From Nanobdellota archaeon (GTDB lineage Archaea > Nanobdellota > Nanobdellia > Pacearchaeales > GW2011-AR1), in assembly GCA_038045865.1 (NCBI GenBank), contig JBBSXH010000070.1:1-44246 (forward strand): a DNA stretch of 44,246 bases, given 5' to 3'. Made by a program: the position numbers and the translations under genes. Shown here piece by piece: positions 25,052 through 34,177 of this stretch (within the stretch, counting starts at the first letter, position 1; the number at the start of each line of letters is the position of its first letter). The notes beneath the pieces were generated by a model that was not told where the DNA came from, searched no databases, and saw nothing but the letters and a program-made list of their open reading frames with translations.

Positions 25052-26581
25052 TCAGATTATTTTCCTTTTAATTGCTCTTAAAATCATTAAGTCATTGTTA
25101 TCTAAACTCTTAGTTATGATTATCAAAAGAAAGTAAAATAAGAAAAATAAAATGCCTTGAAGAATTAGAGTAGTTGTATTTATGGGGATAAATTGTTTCA
25201 CAAAAATTAATAAAATGGTCGGAATAAGTGAAACAAAAAAGATTGTCAGCATCTTTCTCTTTAATGGAATAATTAAAACACTCCTTTTTGCCTGAATTAG
25301 AGATATAAAACTCCAAATAATATATGTTATCATTGTAGAAAATGCAGCTCCGCTAATGCCATATTTGGGCACTAATAAAATATTAAGGATTAGATTTATT
25401 ATAGAAGAAATCAAAATATTAAATAAAACTGTTTTTGATTTGCCAGCCATTGAAAGAAGATTAGCTGATATAATAAATATAGAATAAAAAAAAGTCCCTA
25501 TTGAAAGAAATCTAAGAGACCATGCTGCAGAAAGATATTCTGACCCAAAAAAAAGATTTATAATTGCTCCTGGAAATAAAATCATTATAATAAGTAAGGG
25601 TAAATTCAAAAGAAAAATCCATTTTGCTACTTGTTTACTGATATCTTTTATTAAACTAATTTTATTTCTTGAAAATTCTTTTGTTATCATTGGAAAGAAA
25701 AGCTGAATAAATAATGAAGGAACTATAATCAACAAAAAAGCCAGAGGTACTGCTGCATTGTAAATTCCTACCTCTATTACATTTTTAAAATAACCAATTG
25801 AAAAGGAATCTATCCATGAGAATACAAACGAAATTACACTCAAAAACATTAATGGCCATGAATATGAAAAAAGATCTCGAGTTATCTTGGATTTTAACTC
25901 TTTTTTTAAGGTATATTTTTTGGCTATCTCCGATAACTGAGATTTTAGAATATAATAGGATACTCCCAACATAAAAAATATTCCCATGATATATGAAAAA
26001 ACTATGGCTTCAGTTTTCAATCCTATTGCAATTAATATCAAGATTGATCCTAATTTAATTGTGATATCTAAAACATTTCTTATAAATGAATACCAGTTTA
26101 TTTTTTCAAATGCCTGAAGAATTGAAAGAAATGTGGATGCAAAAATAGAGAAAGGAATTGCTATGCTAAACCATTGAAGATAAATTATCAAATGAGGATC
26201 ATGAAATATGTTAATAGAAATAAATTTAGACAATGAAAATAAGAGAATTCCTGAAAAAACTCCTGAAAAAAATAAAAAGGCTAGAGTTATCTTGAATATG
26301 TGCCTTATTTTACTTATTTCTTTTTTCCCTCGGTAAATAGAGATGTATCTCACTATTCCTTCTACTAATCCGAAAGAAAAAACAGCAACAAACCACCCTA
26401 CAATCATTACTGCTAAAGAAAATAACCCATACTCTTCTGGGCCAAATTGTCTCGCAATTATTATTCTATAAATATAAGTTAAAACTTTAGAAAATAAAAT
26501 AAATATTAAGACTATAAGAGACGATTTTGCAATAAGCTTCAAAGAGCTATTTAGTTTTTCTTTTTCTTTTTCAATCATCAC
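25052..26581 (-). CDS. Wzx-type oligosaccharide flippase (MOP/polysaccharide biosynthesis protein family)
   Basis: The 509-aa protein has about 14 TM helices and the typical N-terminal pattern (LIAKSSLIVLIFILFSKVLTYIYRIIIARQFGPEEYGLF). Confidence 0.75.
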   Translation of the reverse strand: MMIEKEKEKLNSSLKLIAKSSLIVLIFILFSKVLTYIYRIIIARQFGPEEYGLFSLAVMIVGWFVAVFSFGLVEGIVRYISIYRGKKEISKIRHIFKITLAFLFFSGVFSGILLFSLSKFISINIFHDPHLIIYLQWFSIAIPFSIFASTFLSILQAFEKINWYSFIRNVLDITIKLGSILILIAIGLKTEAIVFSYIMGIFFMLGVSYYILKSQLSEIAKKYTLKKELKSKITRDLFSYSWPLMFLSVISFVFSWIDSFSIGYFKNVIEVGIYNAAVPLAFLLIIVPSLFIQLFFPMITKEFSRNKISLIKDISKQVAKWIFLLNLPLLIIMILFPGAIINLFFGSEYLSAAWSLRFLSIGTFFYSIFIISANLLSMAGKSKTVLFNILISSIINLILNILLVPKYGISGAAFSTMITYIIWSFISLIQAKRSVLIIPLKRKMLTIFFVSLIPTILLIFVKQFIPINTTTLILQGILFFLFYFLLIIITKSLDNNDLMILRAIKRKII

Positions 26582-26588
26582 TTGAAGA

Positions 26589-27542
26589 TTATAATTGATT
26601 ATTTAAAATTAATCTATTAGAACTCTGATAGAATTTTATGTCAACACTAGTATGCCCAAGTTCTTGTTTATAATTTGTTTTTACTTTAACATCACAGGGA
26701 TGACATTTTCCATAATTTAAACATTTTAGATATTCTGGTTTTATTTCAAAGTTTGGATCAAGAATATTTCCAGTAGGGAATTCTTCATTGAATAAATCCC
26801 TATGACATTTATGTACATTTCCATTAGGAGCAATTAATAATTCAGAAGTTTTACATAAACAAGATTTAAGCTTAGAACTATTGATAGAACCAAGATATTT
26901 TGAATAATCCCCATAAGTAATACTAAAATCTCTTTTTAAATCATCTTTTCCTTCATATTTCCCTGTAAATTCTTTCAATCTAAAATCAATTCCAGCATCT
27001 TTGCATCTGAACTGCATCTGATTTATTGCAGAAAGTTGTTCAGGACTTGGATAAAGTACAGACCATATGCCTATACTGAATCCAGCATCTTTTAATAATT
27101 CTGTTTTTTTTACTAAATCTTCACCATTACCCATTTGTTCTGGATGATATGAAACCCTTATGGATGCATAAGGAGAATTTCTCTTAATTCTCTCAGGATT
27201 AACTTCCTGAATAAACTTTTCAATTCCTTTTTTACCCCATTTTAAATTTGTTAATATGTCTATATTTAATTCTGGTTTTAGATTATTTAATATATATGTA
27301 AAGTCCTTATGTAAAAATACTTCGCCACCACTAAATGTTACAGGAACATCAGGTTTTGATTCTATTTTATTTAGAGCATTAACCCATTCTTCACCAGAAA
27401 TTTCAAGAAATTTATTTCTATTAAATTCTTTACCCTTGTCTAAGGAATTTAAGCAAAAACTACAGTTAAGATTGCATCTCATTGTGAGAAATGCACAAAT
27501 ATATTTGTATTCTTCTGGGATTTTTATCCTTTTTTTTTGCAT
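26589..27542 (-). CDS. Radical SAM enzyme with Cys-rich C-terminus
   Basis: The CX3CX2C motif is LTMRCNLNCSFC, followed by the GGE motif FSGGEVFL. The C-terminal cysteines are CLCKTSELLIAPNGNVHKCHRD and CLNYGKCHPCD (SPASM/twitch-like). Confidence 0.75.
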   Translation of the reverse strand: MQKKRIKIPEEYKYICAFLTMRCNLNCSFCLNSLDKGKEFNRNKFLEISGEEWVNALNKIESKPDVPVTFSGGEVFLHKDFTYILNNLKPELNIDILTNLKWGKKGIEKFIQEVNPERIKRNSPYASIRVSYHPEQMGNGEDLVKKTELLKDAGFSIGIWSVLYPSPEQLSAINQMQFRCKDAGIDFRLKEFTGKYEGKDDLKRDFSITYGDYSKYLGSINSSKLKSCLCKTSELLIAPNGNVHKCHRDLFNEEFPTGNILDPNFEIKPEYLKCLNYGKCHPCDVKVKTNYKQELGHTSVDIKFYQSSNRLILNNQL

Positions 27543-27595
27543 AAAGATATCATAAAATTACTCTTTAAAAGTATTATGAACTTAAGTTATATATT

Positions 27596-27994
27596 TTAAC
27601 TGAAAATTTTATCTTTATTTTTTAAAATAAATGTTTTAAGAGTTGGAGGTAAAAGGAGTTTATTTAGTTTTTCAAAAGCAAATATTCCTATATTTTGCCC
27701 CTCATAAAATTTTATATTTTTAAAGTTTTCAAAAAAATTTCCTTTAAAATAAAATATTTTACAATTAGATAGATTATCAATTGCTTCTCCTAAAAAGGAA
27801 ATATTGCAAACTCTACAGCTTATTTCTTCGTTTATCTCTCTTTTTATAGCTTCAAGAGGAGTTTCATTGTTTTCAATTTCTCCTCCGATTTCTGCCCAAT
27901 AATTTGGATAAGGAATTTCTGGTTTATTGTCTCTTAAACAAAGTAAAACTTCTTTTTTAGGATTCAAAAGAAGGATTTTAGAGATTTCTTTCAT
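27596..27994 (-). CDS. Nudix hydrolase
   Basis: A complete Nudix box is present: GGEIENNETPLEAIKREINEEI (G-x5-E-x7-REUxEE). Confidence 0.8.
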   Translation of the reverse strand: MKEISKILLLNPKKEVLLCLRDNKPEIPYPNYWAEIGGEIENNETPLEAIKREINEEISCRVCNISFLGEAIDNLSNCKIFYFKGNFFENFKNIKFYEGQNIGIFAFEKLNKLLLPPTLKTFILKNKDKIFS

Positions 27995-28035
27995 ATAATC
28001 TTTATTAAAAGATTATTTAAAAATCCTTTTAAAAA

Positions 28036-29094
28036 TTAAAAAAAATTATCTTGGTGGTTTGGATGATTAACTCTTTCAAGATATCGATTAATAGAATCTA
28101 ACCTACAACCCTTCCTACATTCTTGAATACCTTGCCCCCTTAATCTCTTGAGAATTTCTTTTCTTTTTTCCCCTTCCCAAATTTCGCTGAAGGTATTTTT
28201 ATATAGATTACCATAATTAAAATTTTCATTATCATGAAAAAGATTACATGGGATTATATTCCCTTTTGCTTCTATCAGTGTAAAAAATGAAAGCCCATAA
28301 CATTCAGGATATTTTCTTTCAGAGTCTAATCTTTCTGCAGTTGCTTTCCTGAATAATATTTTAAAATCCGCAGAATTATATTTCTCCAGTTTCTCTCCGA
28401 TGTGATTATATTCTATAGGATTAACATACAGATTATTAAGACTATTTGGATGATGAGAATAAGGTTTTATTTGAAGATTATCTGCCCCAATATCTTTTAA
28501 TTTTTCTGCTAATTTTTCTGATTGATATATATTTTGTGGAATCATTAAAAATTGAGTACCGATTGTTGTTTTTAGATTATGTTTATTTCTATAAATTACA
28601 GCTTCTTTTATATTATTAATAACTTTTTCAAAATCTTTTGGATTTGTTCCATGAACTTTTGCATAATTTTTAGGTTCTCCAGAATCTATACTAAATCTTA
28701 TCCAAGAAAGATTTGGTAAGCATTGTTCTCTTTTCTTTTGTGTAAAAGCTACCCCATTAGTAGTAATAGCTATGTCTAACCCATATCCTTTTGCTTTTTG
28801 AGTAAATAATCCTATATCTTTATGTAAAAGAGGTTCCCCCTCCCCTGCAAACATAATTGATTTTACCCCATGATTTGCCATATTTTCTAATGTTGAAATC
28901 ATTATTTTTGTGTCAATCATATCTGTCCCATTTTCTAAAAAATCAAGTGCACAAAATACACACCCATGATTACATCGATTAGTAGGACCTATTTCTACAT
29001 AGATTGGATAACAATCCCCTTTTTCTTTCCATTCGGCGACTCTCTCGGGATGGTACATTAATTTATGATTATCTACTTCTATCTTGGGTCTCAT
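28036..29094 (-). CDS. Radical SAM enzyme, member of a three-paralogue set (about 355 aa)
   Basis: The CX3CX2C motif is GPTNRCNHGCVFCA, followed by FAGEGEPLL. The C-terminal cysteines are CYGLSFFTLIEAKGNIIPCN and CRKGC. It is collinear with 34178-35263 and 37395-38456. Confidence 0.8.
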   Translation of the reverse strand: MRPKIEVDNHKLMYHPERVAEWKEKGDCYPIYVEIGPTNRCNHGCVFCALDFLENGTDMIDTKIMISTLENMANHGVKSIMFAGEGEPLLHKDIGLFTQKAKGYGLDIAITTNGVAFTQKKREQCLPNLSWIRFSIDSGEPKNYAKVHGTNPKDFEKVINNIKEAVIYRNKHNLKTTIGTQFLMIPQNIYQSEKLAEKLKDIGADNLQIKPYSHHPNSLNNLYVNPIEYNHIGEKLEKYNSADFKILFRKATAERLDSERKYPECYGLSFFTLIEAKGNIIPCNLFHDNENFNYGNLYKNTFSEIWEGEKRKEILKRLRGQGIQECRKGCRLDSINRYLERVNHPNHQDNFF

Positions 29095-30089
29095 TTTAAT
29101 TTAATACCTCTAATTTTAGCTTCTGCCTTATTTAATCTATCTTTAAATATATTCATAGAGTTATTATTACTAAATTTAAGATGTTCCATATATTTTGGAG
29201 AAAGGATATTTAAATATATTAATCCCCAAGTCATAGCAATAAGAGGATTAGCAACACTAATTCTAAAATCAAAAAATTCAGAAGTATTTCTTTGAGATTT
29301 ATATTTTTTTAAAAAAAGATTTTTTAAATTATCTGAAATGTTTGAAGATTTATCATGATGCATAAAATCAAGAATCTGCCTTACAGGATCATCTCTTCCA
29401 AAATATTCAAAATCTAAAAATTTATACTCTTTTCCATCATAGAGAATATTATGAAAACCAAAATCTCCAGGAGTAAGAACCTGCTCCTCTAAATTTAATT
29501 CTTTAAAGATATCAACTCCCAAAGTTTTGTTAAAGAAGAATTCCTTTACTTCAACTATTTTTAGGTGTACCTCTTTATCAAGAAAAATTTTTGCTTTCTT
29601 TCCTATAGGACTATCTTCATTATATTCTTTTATGTTATTAAACCTTCTATCAATTACATCAATATAATTCTTAAGATTCAAACATGCAGAAGAAGCAGGT
29701 CCAAAATCCTGTTTGTTTACCTTTAGATTATGTAATTTTACTAAGAAACTAACAGCACCCAAAATATTTTCTTCTTTAATTTCAAAGTGGTTAAGATTAA
29801 ATCCTTTCTCAAAAGAATAAACTCCTATGTTTTTAGATCCATTAAATTTAATAGGTCGAGGAATATTTCTGAATCCAGTTTTCCAAAGATAATTTAATGC
29901 CTTAAATTCAGAATAACCTCTATTCCAATTTTCTAAATGAATTTTAGAATATTCTTTAATTAAATATTTTGTGTTATCCTTAAGAGTAATACTAAATAGT
30001 TTGTTGTTCCCATTATGGTCTAATCTTTTAAGACTGGAAATATTCTTATCAAAATATTCTTGAAATAGGTCTAATGAATCAGTAGGCAT
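29091..30089 (-). CDS. APH/choline-kinase-fold phosphotransferase (putative sugar or small-molecule kinase)
   Basis: The catalytic loop and Mg site read LTPGDFGFHNILYDGKEYKFLDFEYFGRDDP (D-x4-N, then DFE). Its stop overlaps the downstream radical SAM start as ATGA. Confidence 0.65.
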   Translation of the reverse strand: MPTDSLDLFQEYFDKNISSLKRLDHNGNNKLFSITLKDNTKYLIKEYSKIHLENWNRGYSEFKALNYLWKTGFRNIPRPIKFNGSKNIGVYSFEKGFNLNHFEIKEENILGAVSFLVKLHNLKVNKQDFGPASSACLNLKNYIDVIDRRFNNIKEYNEDSPIGKKAKIFLDKEVHLKIVEVKEFFFNKTLGVDIFKELNLEEQVLTPGDFGFHNILYDGKEYKFLDFEYFGRDDPVRQILDFMHHDKSSNISDNLKNLFLKKYKSQRNTSEFFDFRISVANPLIAMTWGLIYLNILSPKYMEHLKFSNNNSMNIFKDRLNKAEAKIRGIKLK

Positions 30090-30113
30090 TACGCTTTTAA
30101 AAAGGTAAGATTT

Positions 30114-30129
30114 AAAAGTTTATTGGTGA
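30114..30129 (+). promoter_or_regulatory. Upstream motif AAAAGTTTATTGGTGA, 10 nt before the HD-domain gene ATG
   Basis: It has the same AAAGTTTATT..GGTGA arrangement as the region upstream of queC. Confidence 0.35.
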
Positions 30130-30139
30130 TTTAAAATAT

Positions 30140-30934
30140 ATGGATGAAATTAAGAAAGCAAGTATTCTTTTAGATGAAATCCTACCAGATTTAATAAGAG
30201 AAATTGCTACAAACTCTAAAGTTGTTCAATTTCAAGAGAACCCAGATTTCTTAGAAGAACGACTTGTAAAATGGCATCAATTTGGATTATTAACTCATAC
30301 AAGGAATGTAAAAAGAGCTTTTTATGAAGAAGCACCAAAACTAATTAATAGCTGGGGCTTAGAGAATAAATTAAAAGAGAGACTTAATCAAAAAGTTTCA
30401 GAATCTACTAAATATGAACTTTTTGATATAAGTATCACTCTTCATGATCTGGGAAAAATAATTTGTTATTATAATTCTTCAAAAAATAGATGTCATGAAG
30501 AAGAATCTGCAAATCTAATTAAATATTTTGAAAAAAGGTTAATTAACTTGGGTTTATCTCCCAATTCTATAACTAAGATAACTAGATACATTAAAACTCA
30601 TGATGTAGTTGGAAAGGAAATAAGAGATAATCTAACTGAAACCGGAAAATTTTCATTTAGTAGGTTATTAGAATCCTCAACTAAACATTTATGCCAAAAA
30701 ATTGCAAAAAAATATTCAGATGTAGATTTAGAAATAGGATTTTATTTTCTTTGTGATTCTTTAGGTAAAACAGACTTAAGAATTAATGCAAAAGAAGACT
30801 TAGACATATTAAGCTCAAAAGAATCTGTTATTAAAATTATTAAACAAAGAAATCTTAATCAAAAAATAATTTATGCTGCAAATCAATTACCTTTAAATGT
30901 AAAATTAGCTGAAGTTTATTTAAACAGTTTATAA
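30140..30934 (+). CDS. HD-domain protein (putative phosphohydrolase)
   Basis: The spaced His/Asp pattern is WHQFGLLTHTRNV, ITLHDLGK and IKTHDVVGK. Confidence 0.5.
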   Translation: MDEIKKASILLDEILPDLIREIATNSKVVQFQENPDFLEERLVKWHQFGLLTHTRNVKRAFYEEAPKLINSWGLENKLKERLNQKVSESTKYELFDISITLHDLGKIICYYNSSKNRCHEEESANLIKYFEKRLINLGLSPNSITKITRYIKTHDVVGKEIRDNLTETGKFSFSRLLESSTKHLCQKIAKKYSDVDLEIGFYFLCDSLGKTDLRINAKEDLDILSSKESVIKIIKQRNLNQKIIYAANQLPLNVKLAEVYLNSL

Positions 30935-31483
30935 TTTATCTTTTTTTAAACTAATAAAGGTTGGTTTTTTATGTTGATAGGATTCTATTAAAGCAGTTCT
31001 TGTTTCGATAGAATTTTTTGGGAAATAATTTACAATATTTCTCTCATAGGTAATTCTTTTTAAAAATTCTTTTTCTAAATCCAAATTATTTTTTAATGAA
31101 TCAGAATAAACAGATTTACCTACTAACCCCATTAAGATTTCTGCATCTAATTCAGAATGAGTTAATCCTTGTTTAGGATAATCTGCATAACCAATTAACT
31201 TGACATTTACATTTTGTTGATTTACATTTAGTTTAATCTGTTCAAATGCCCTTTCAATAAGAAAAGGAGTTATAGTATAAACATAGGGTTTTAATCCTTC
31301 TAAGGCCATCCCTGATGCAAAACTAACCATACTTTGCTCTCGGATACCTAAATTAATAAATCGGTTTGAAAATTTTTGCCTAAACTCATCAAACACTCCA
31401 TAGCCAATATCTCCTATTATAAGATATATCTCATTATCTTTTTCAGCTAATTCAATAATTGTTTTTCCAAATTCTTTTCTCAT
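30929..31483 (-). CDS. Transketolase-like ThDP enzyme, pyrimidine-binding (C-terminal-type) subunit, short form
   Basis: MRKEFGKTIIELAEKDNEIYLIIGDIGYGVFDEF...NLGIREQSMVSFASGMALEGLKPYVYTITPFL matches the Pyr domain of split transketolases. The protein is only 184 aa. Confidence 0.7.
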   Translation of the reverse strand: MRKEFGKTIIELAEKDNEIYLIIGDIGYGVFDEFRQKFSNRFINLGIREQSMVSFASGMALEGLKPYVYTITPFLIERAFEQIKLNVNQQNVNVKLIGYADYPKQGLTHSELDAEILMGLVGKSVYSDSLKNNLDLEKEFLKRITYERNIVNYFPKNSIETRTALIESYQHKKPTFISLKKDKL

Positions 31484-31485
31484 CT

Positions 31486-32223
31486 TTAACTCCTGTTCAA
31501 TTCTTCATATGCTTTCTTTACTCTTTCAAGAGTAACTTTTCTACCATGCCATTCTGGATTATTTTCCATATAACTTACTCCTTTTCCCTTAATAGTGTGT
31601 GCAATTATCATGTAAGGTTTTCCTTCTGGTTTTTGTTCTAAAACAGGAATTATCTCTGAAAAATCATGTCCATTTATTTCTGAAACATACCAACCAAAAG
31701 TCTTAAATTTATCTGCTAAGTTCATTGTAGATACATCTTTGGTTTTATCTAATGCTTGGACCTTATTAAAATCTACAATTGCAGTTAAATTATCTAAATT
31801 ATGATAAACTGCAATATCTGAAGATTCCCAAGTAGTTCCTTCTTGACATTCCCCATCTCCTATCAAAACATAAATTCTACCAGGTTTTTCTTGTTTTTTT
31901 CTTGCAAATGCCATTCCGACACCTATTGGAAGACCATGTCCTAAACTTCCAGTTGTACAACAAACTCCATTATCTATATCAATATCTGGATGCATGGTTA
32001 TTTTAGGATCATACCCTTTTTCTTGAAGTAATAAATAGAAGGGATAACAAGCATGCCCTTTACTTAAAATAAATTTATCTTGTTTTGTTAAAATTTTATC
32101 ATATAATGAAATGAGAAGCTCTATTTCTGAAAAACTTCCTCCTAAATGCCCTTCTCCAGTTTTTAATGCTAAATCTAATGTTTTTAATCTTAAATTTTTA
32201 GCTTTTTTTTCTAGGTTTTCCAT
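31486..32223 (-). CDS. Transketolase-like ThDP enzyme, diphosphate-binding (N-terminal-type) subunit
   Basis: GEGHLGGSFSEIELL, SKGHACYPFY and the ThDP motif VLIGDGECQEGTTWES...NLDNL are present. Confidence 0.8.
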   Translation of the reverse strand: MENLEKKAKNLRLKTLDLALKTGEGHLGGSFSEIELLISLYDKILTKQDKFILSKGHACYPFYLLLQEKGYDPKITMHPDIDIDNGVCCTTGSLGHGLPIGVGMAFARKKQEKPGRIYVLIGDGECQEGTTWESSDIAVYHNLDNLTAIVDFNKVQALDKTKDVSTMNLADKFKTFGWYVSEINGHDFSEIIPVLEQKPEGKPYMIIAHTIKGKGVSYMENNPEWHGRKVTLERVKKAYEELNRS

Positions 32224-32230
32224 ATGTTAA

Positions 32231-32893
32231 TTATTCAAAATAAATAAATTCAAAATCTCCTTTATAATTAAATTCTTTAAATAACCATTTCCACTCATCT
32301 GGTGTAAAAAAAGAAGCACATGTCAAAGCCCAACATTGTAGATTAAATAATTCTTTTTCATTTCTAAAACTTTCAACAGCAATATATTTGTTTTTACCTA
32401 CTCTTTCTATTTCTTGCAAGGATTTTTTTAAATCTCCTATCTGAAGATTATGTAAAGTAGTTATTGAGGTAACTAAATCAAACTCCTTTGACTTAAATGG
32501 ATATCTATCTCGTGCATTATGAATAAAAAGATACTCTTTTATCTCTTCTTTAGAATTTTGAATTGCATAATTAGAAATATCAAACCCTGATAAATTACTA
32601 TTCGGAAGAATTTTTTTAAATTCATACAACAAAAAACCTTTTCCACAACCTACATCTAAAATTTTAGCACCATCTTTTAATTCATAATGTTCAATTAATT
32701 TTTTTGCTATTGATTCTTGTCTGCCATCATACTTATAACCTCCATAACCATATATTCTATCTCCGTCCCAGAAATCCTTCCCATATTTCTTTGCAATTTT
32801 CATACATTCTACTTTATTATTATTCATACGACCAATATAATCTCTCTGAGTACTCTTATGTAAAGGATTTATAATATTTAATAAATTTCCCAT
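32231..32893 (-). CDS. Class I SAM-dependent methyltransferase
   Basis: Motif I is ILDVGCGKGFLL, followed by LSGFDIS and LVTSITTLHN. Confidence 0.75.
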   Translation of the reverse strand: MGNLLNIINPLHKSTQRDYIGRMNNNKVECMKIAKKYGKDFWDGDRIYGYGGYKYDGRQESIAKKLIEHYELKDGAKILDVGCGKGFLLYEFKKILPNSNLSGFDISNYAIQNSKEEIKEYLFIHNARDRYPFKSKEFDLVTSITTLHNLQIGDLKKSLQEIERVGKNKYIAVESFRNEKELFNLQCWALTCASFFTPDEWKWLFKEFNYKGDFEFIYFE

Positions 32894-33100
32894 TATAAAA
32901 ATCTATTATTTTGATTTATAAAGATTTATATGAAATAAGACCTTGTTAATTTTCGAGATGTTGAAAATAATTATTATAGGTAAGGGCTATTTAGTCTAAT
33001 GACAATAAGTTATCTTATTTCAAAAATAAAAACTAATTCTAAACACAAAACGCTTCAAAAGAGTGGTTTGATTTAATTGATAATTTTAATTTATTTAATG

Positions 33101-33124
33101 TTGATACCACAAATATTGATACCA
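33101..33124 (+). promoter_or_regulatory. Direct repeat TTGATACCA x2 upstream of the radical SAM/SPASM gene
   Basis: TTGATACCA occurs at 33101-33109 and 33116-33124 (15-nt period), 39-62 nt upstream of the ATG at 33163. Confidence 0.3.
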
Positions 33125-33162
33125 TAATAATCTTTATAAACTTCTCTACATAAAAACCTAAA

Positions 33163-34125
33163 ATGGCAAATTCTCAAGAAATAACTAAAAGAGAATTAAT
33201 ATCTATGAAAGATAGACTGGGCCTAGAAGATTTATCCAACTCTCTTTATTTTCCAAAATATTTTGAAATAGAAACTATTCGTGGATGTAATGCCCATTGC
33301 ACTATGTGTACAATACAAGAATGGAACAATAAAAATAATAAGATGGATGATTATTTGTTTAATAAATTTTTAGAAGAAGTAAGTACTTATAATAAATGGG
33401 TAAATAGAGTATGTTTATCGAGGAATGGAGAACCATTAATGGACAAAACAATTGCTAAAAAAATTTATAGACTTAAGGATGCTGGAATAAACTACACAAT
33501 GATTTCTACAAATGCTTCTTTACTAAATGAAAAGAGAGCTATTGAAATTATCGATTCAGGATTGGATGATATAAGATTTTCTATTGATGGAGTAACGAAA
33601 GAAACCTTTGAAAAAATTAGAAAGGGATTAAATTATGAAAATGTTCTTGAAAATTGTTTAAGATTTATTGGTTTAAGAAATAGTAAGGGAACAAAACCCA
33701 TTATTCAAGTAAGAATGGTTTTACAAAATGAAAATAGAGATGAAGAAGAAAGGTTTAAAGAATTTTGGTTATCTAAAGTTTCGAATCAGGACATTGTTTC
33801 CTCAAAATCAATGAATAGTTGGGGGAATCAATTAAAAACTTATGAAAGACCAAGTAGTGAATCAGAAAAGTATTCGGATATGCCTTGTATTTCCCCTTGG
33901 TCAACTATGGTAGTGCATTTTGATGGTGCAGTTCCTTTATGTGGATGTGATTATAACAACAAAATACTCATGGGAGATTTAAATAAAAATACCATAAAAG
34001 ATATTTGGCAATCAAAGAACTTTGAAGAAATACGAAAAAAACATGCTTCTGGTAAAAGAAATAATATTGAACTTTGTAAAGGCTGTAATATTTGGGATCC
34101 TGAAATAAAAAAGGTTTATGATTAA
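33163..34125 (+). CDS. Radical SAM / SPASM-like domain enzyme
   Basis: The CX3CX2C motif is ETIRGCNAHCTMC, followed by SRNGEPLM. The C-terminal region MPCISPWSTMVVHFDGAVPLCGCD ... ELCKGCNIWD follows the SPASM-type Cys pattern. Confidence 0.8.
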   Translation: MANSQEITKRELISMKDRLGLEDLSNSLYFPKYFEIETIRGCNAHCTMCTIQEWNNKNNKMDDYLFNKFLEEVSTYNKWVNRVCLSRNGEPLMDKTIAKKIYRLKDAGINYTMISTNASLLNEKRAIEIIDSGLDDIRFSIDGVTKETFEKIRKGLNYENVLENCLRFIGLRNSKGTKPIIQVRMVLQNENRDEEERFKEFWLSKVSNQDIVSSKSMNSWGNQLKTYERPSSESEKYSDMPCISPWSTMVVHFDGAVPLCGCDYNNKILMGDLNKNTIKDIWQSKNFEEIRKKHASGKRNNIELCKGCNIWDPEIKKVYD

Positions 34126-34177
34126 ATTATAATGTGACTACCATAATGCTTTTATACCTTAATCTAGAAGTTTTTAT

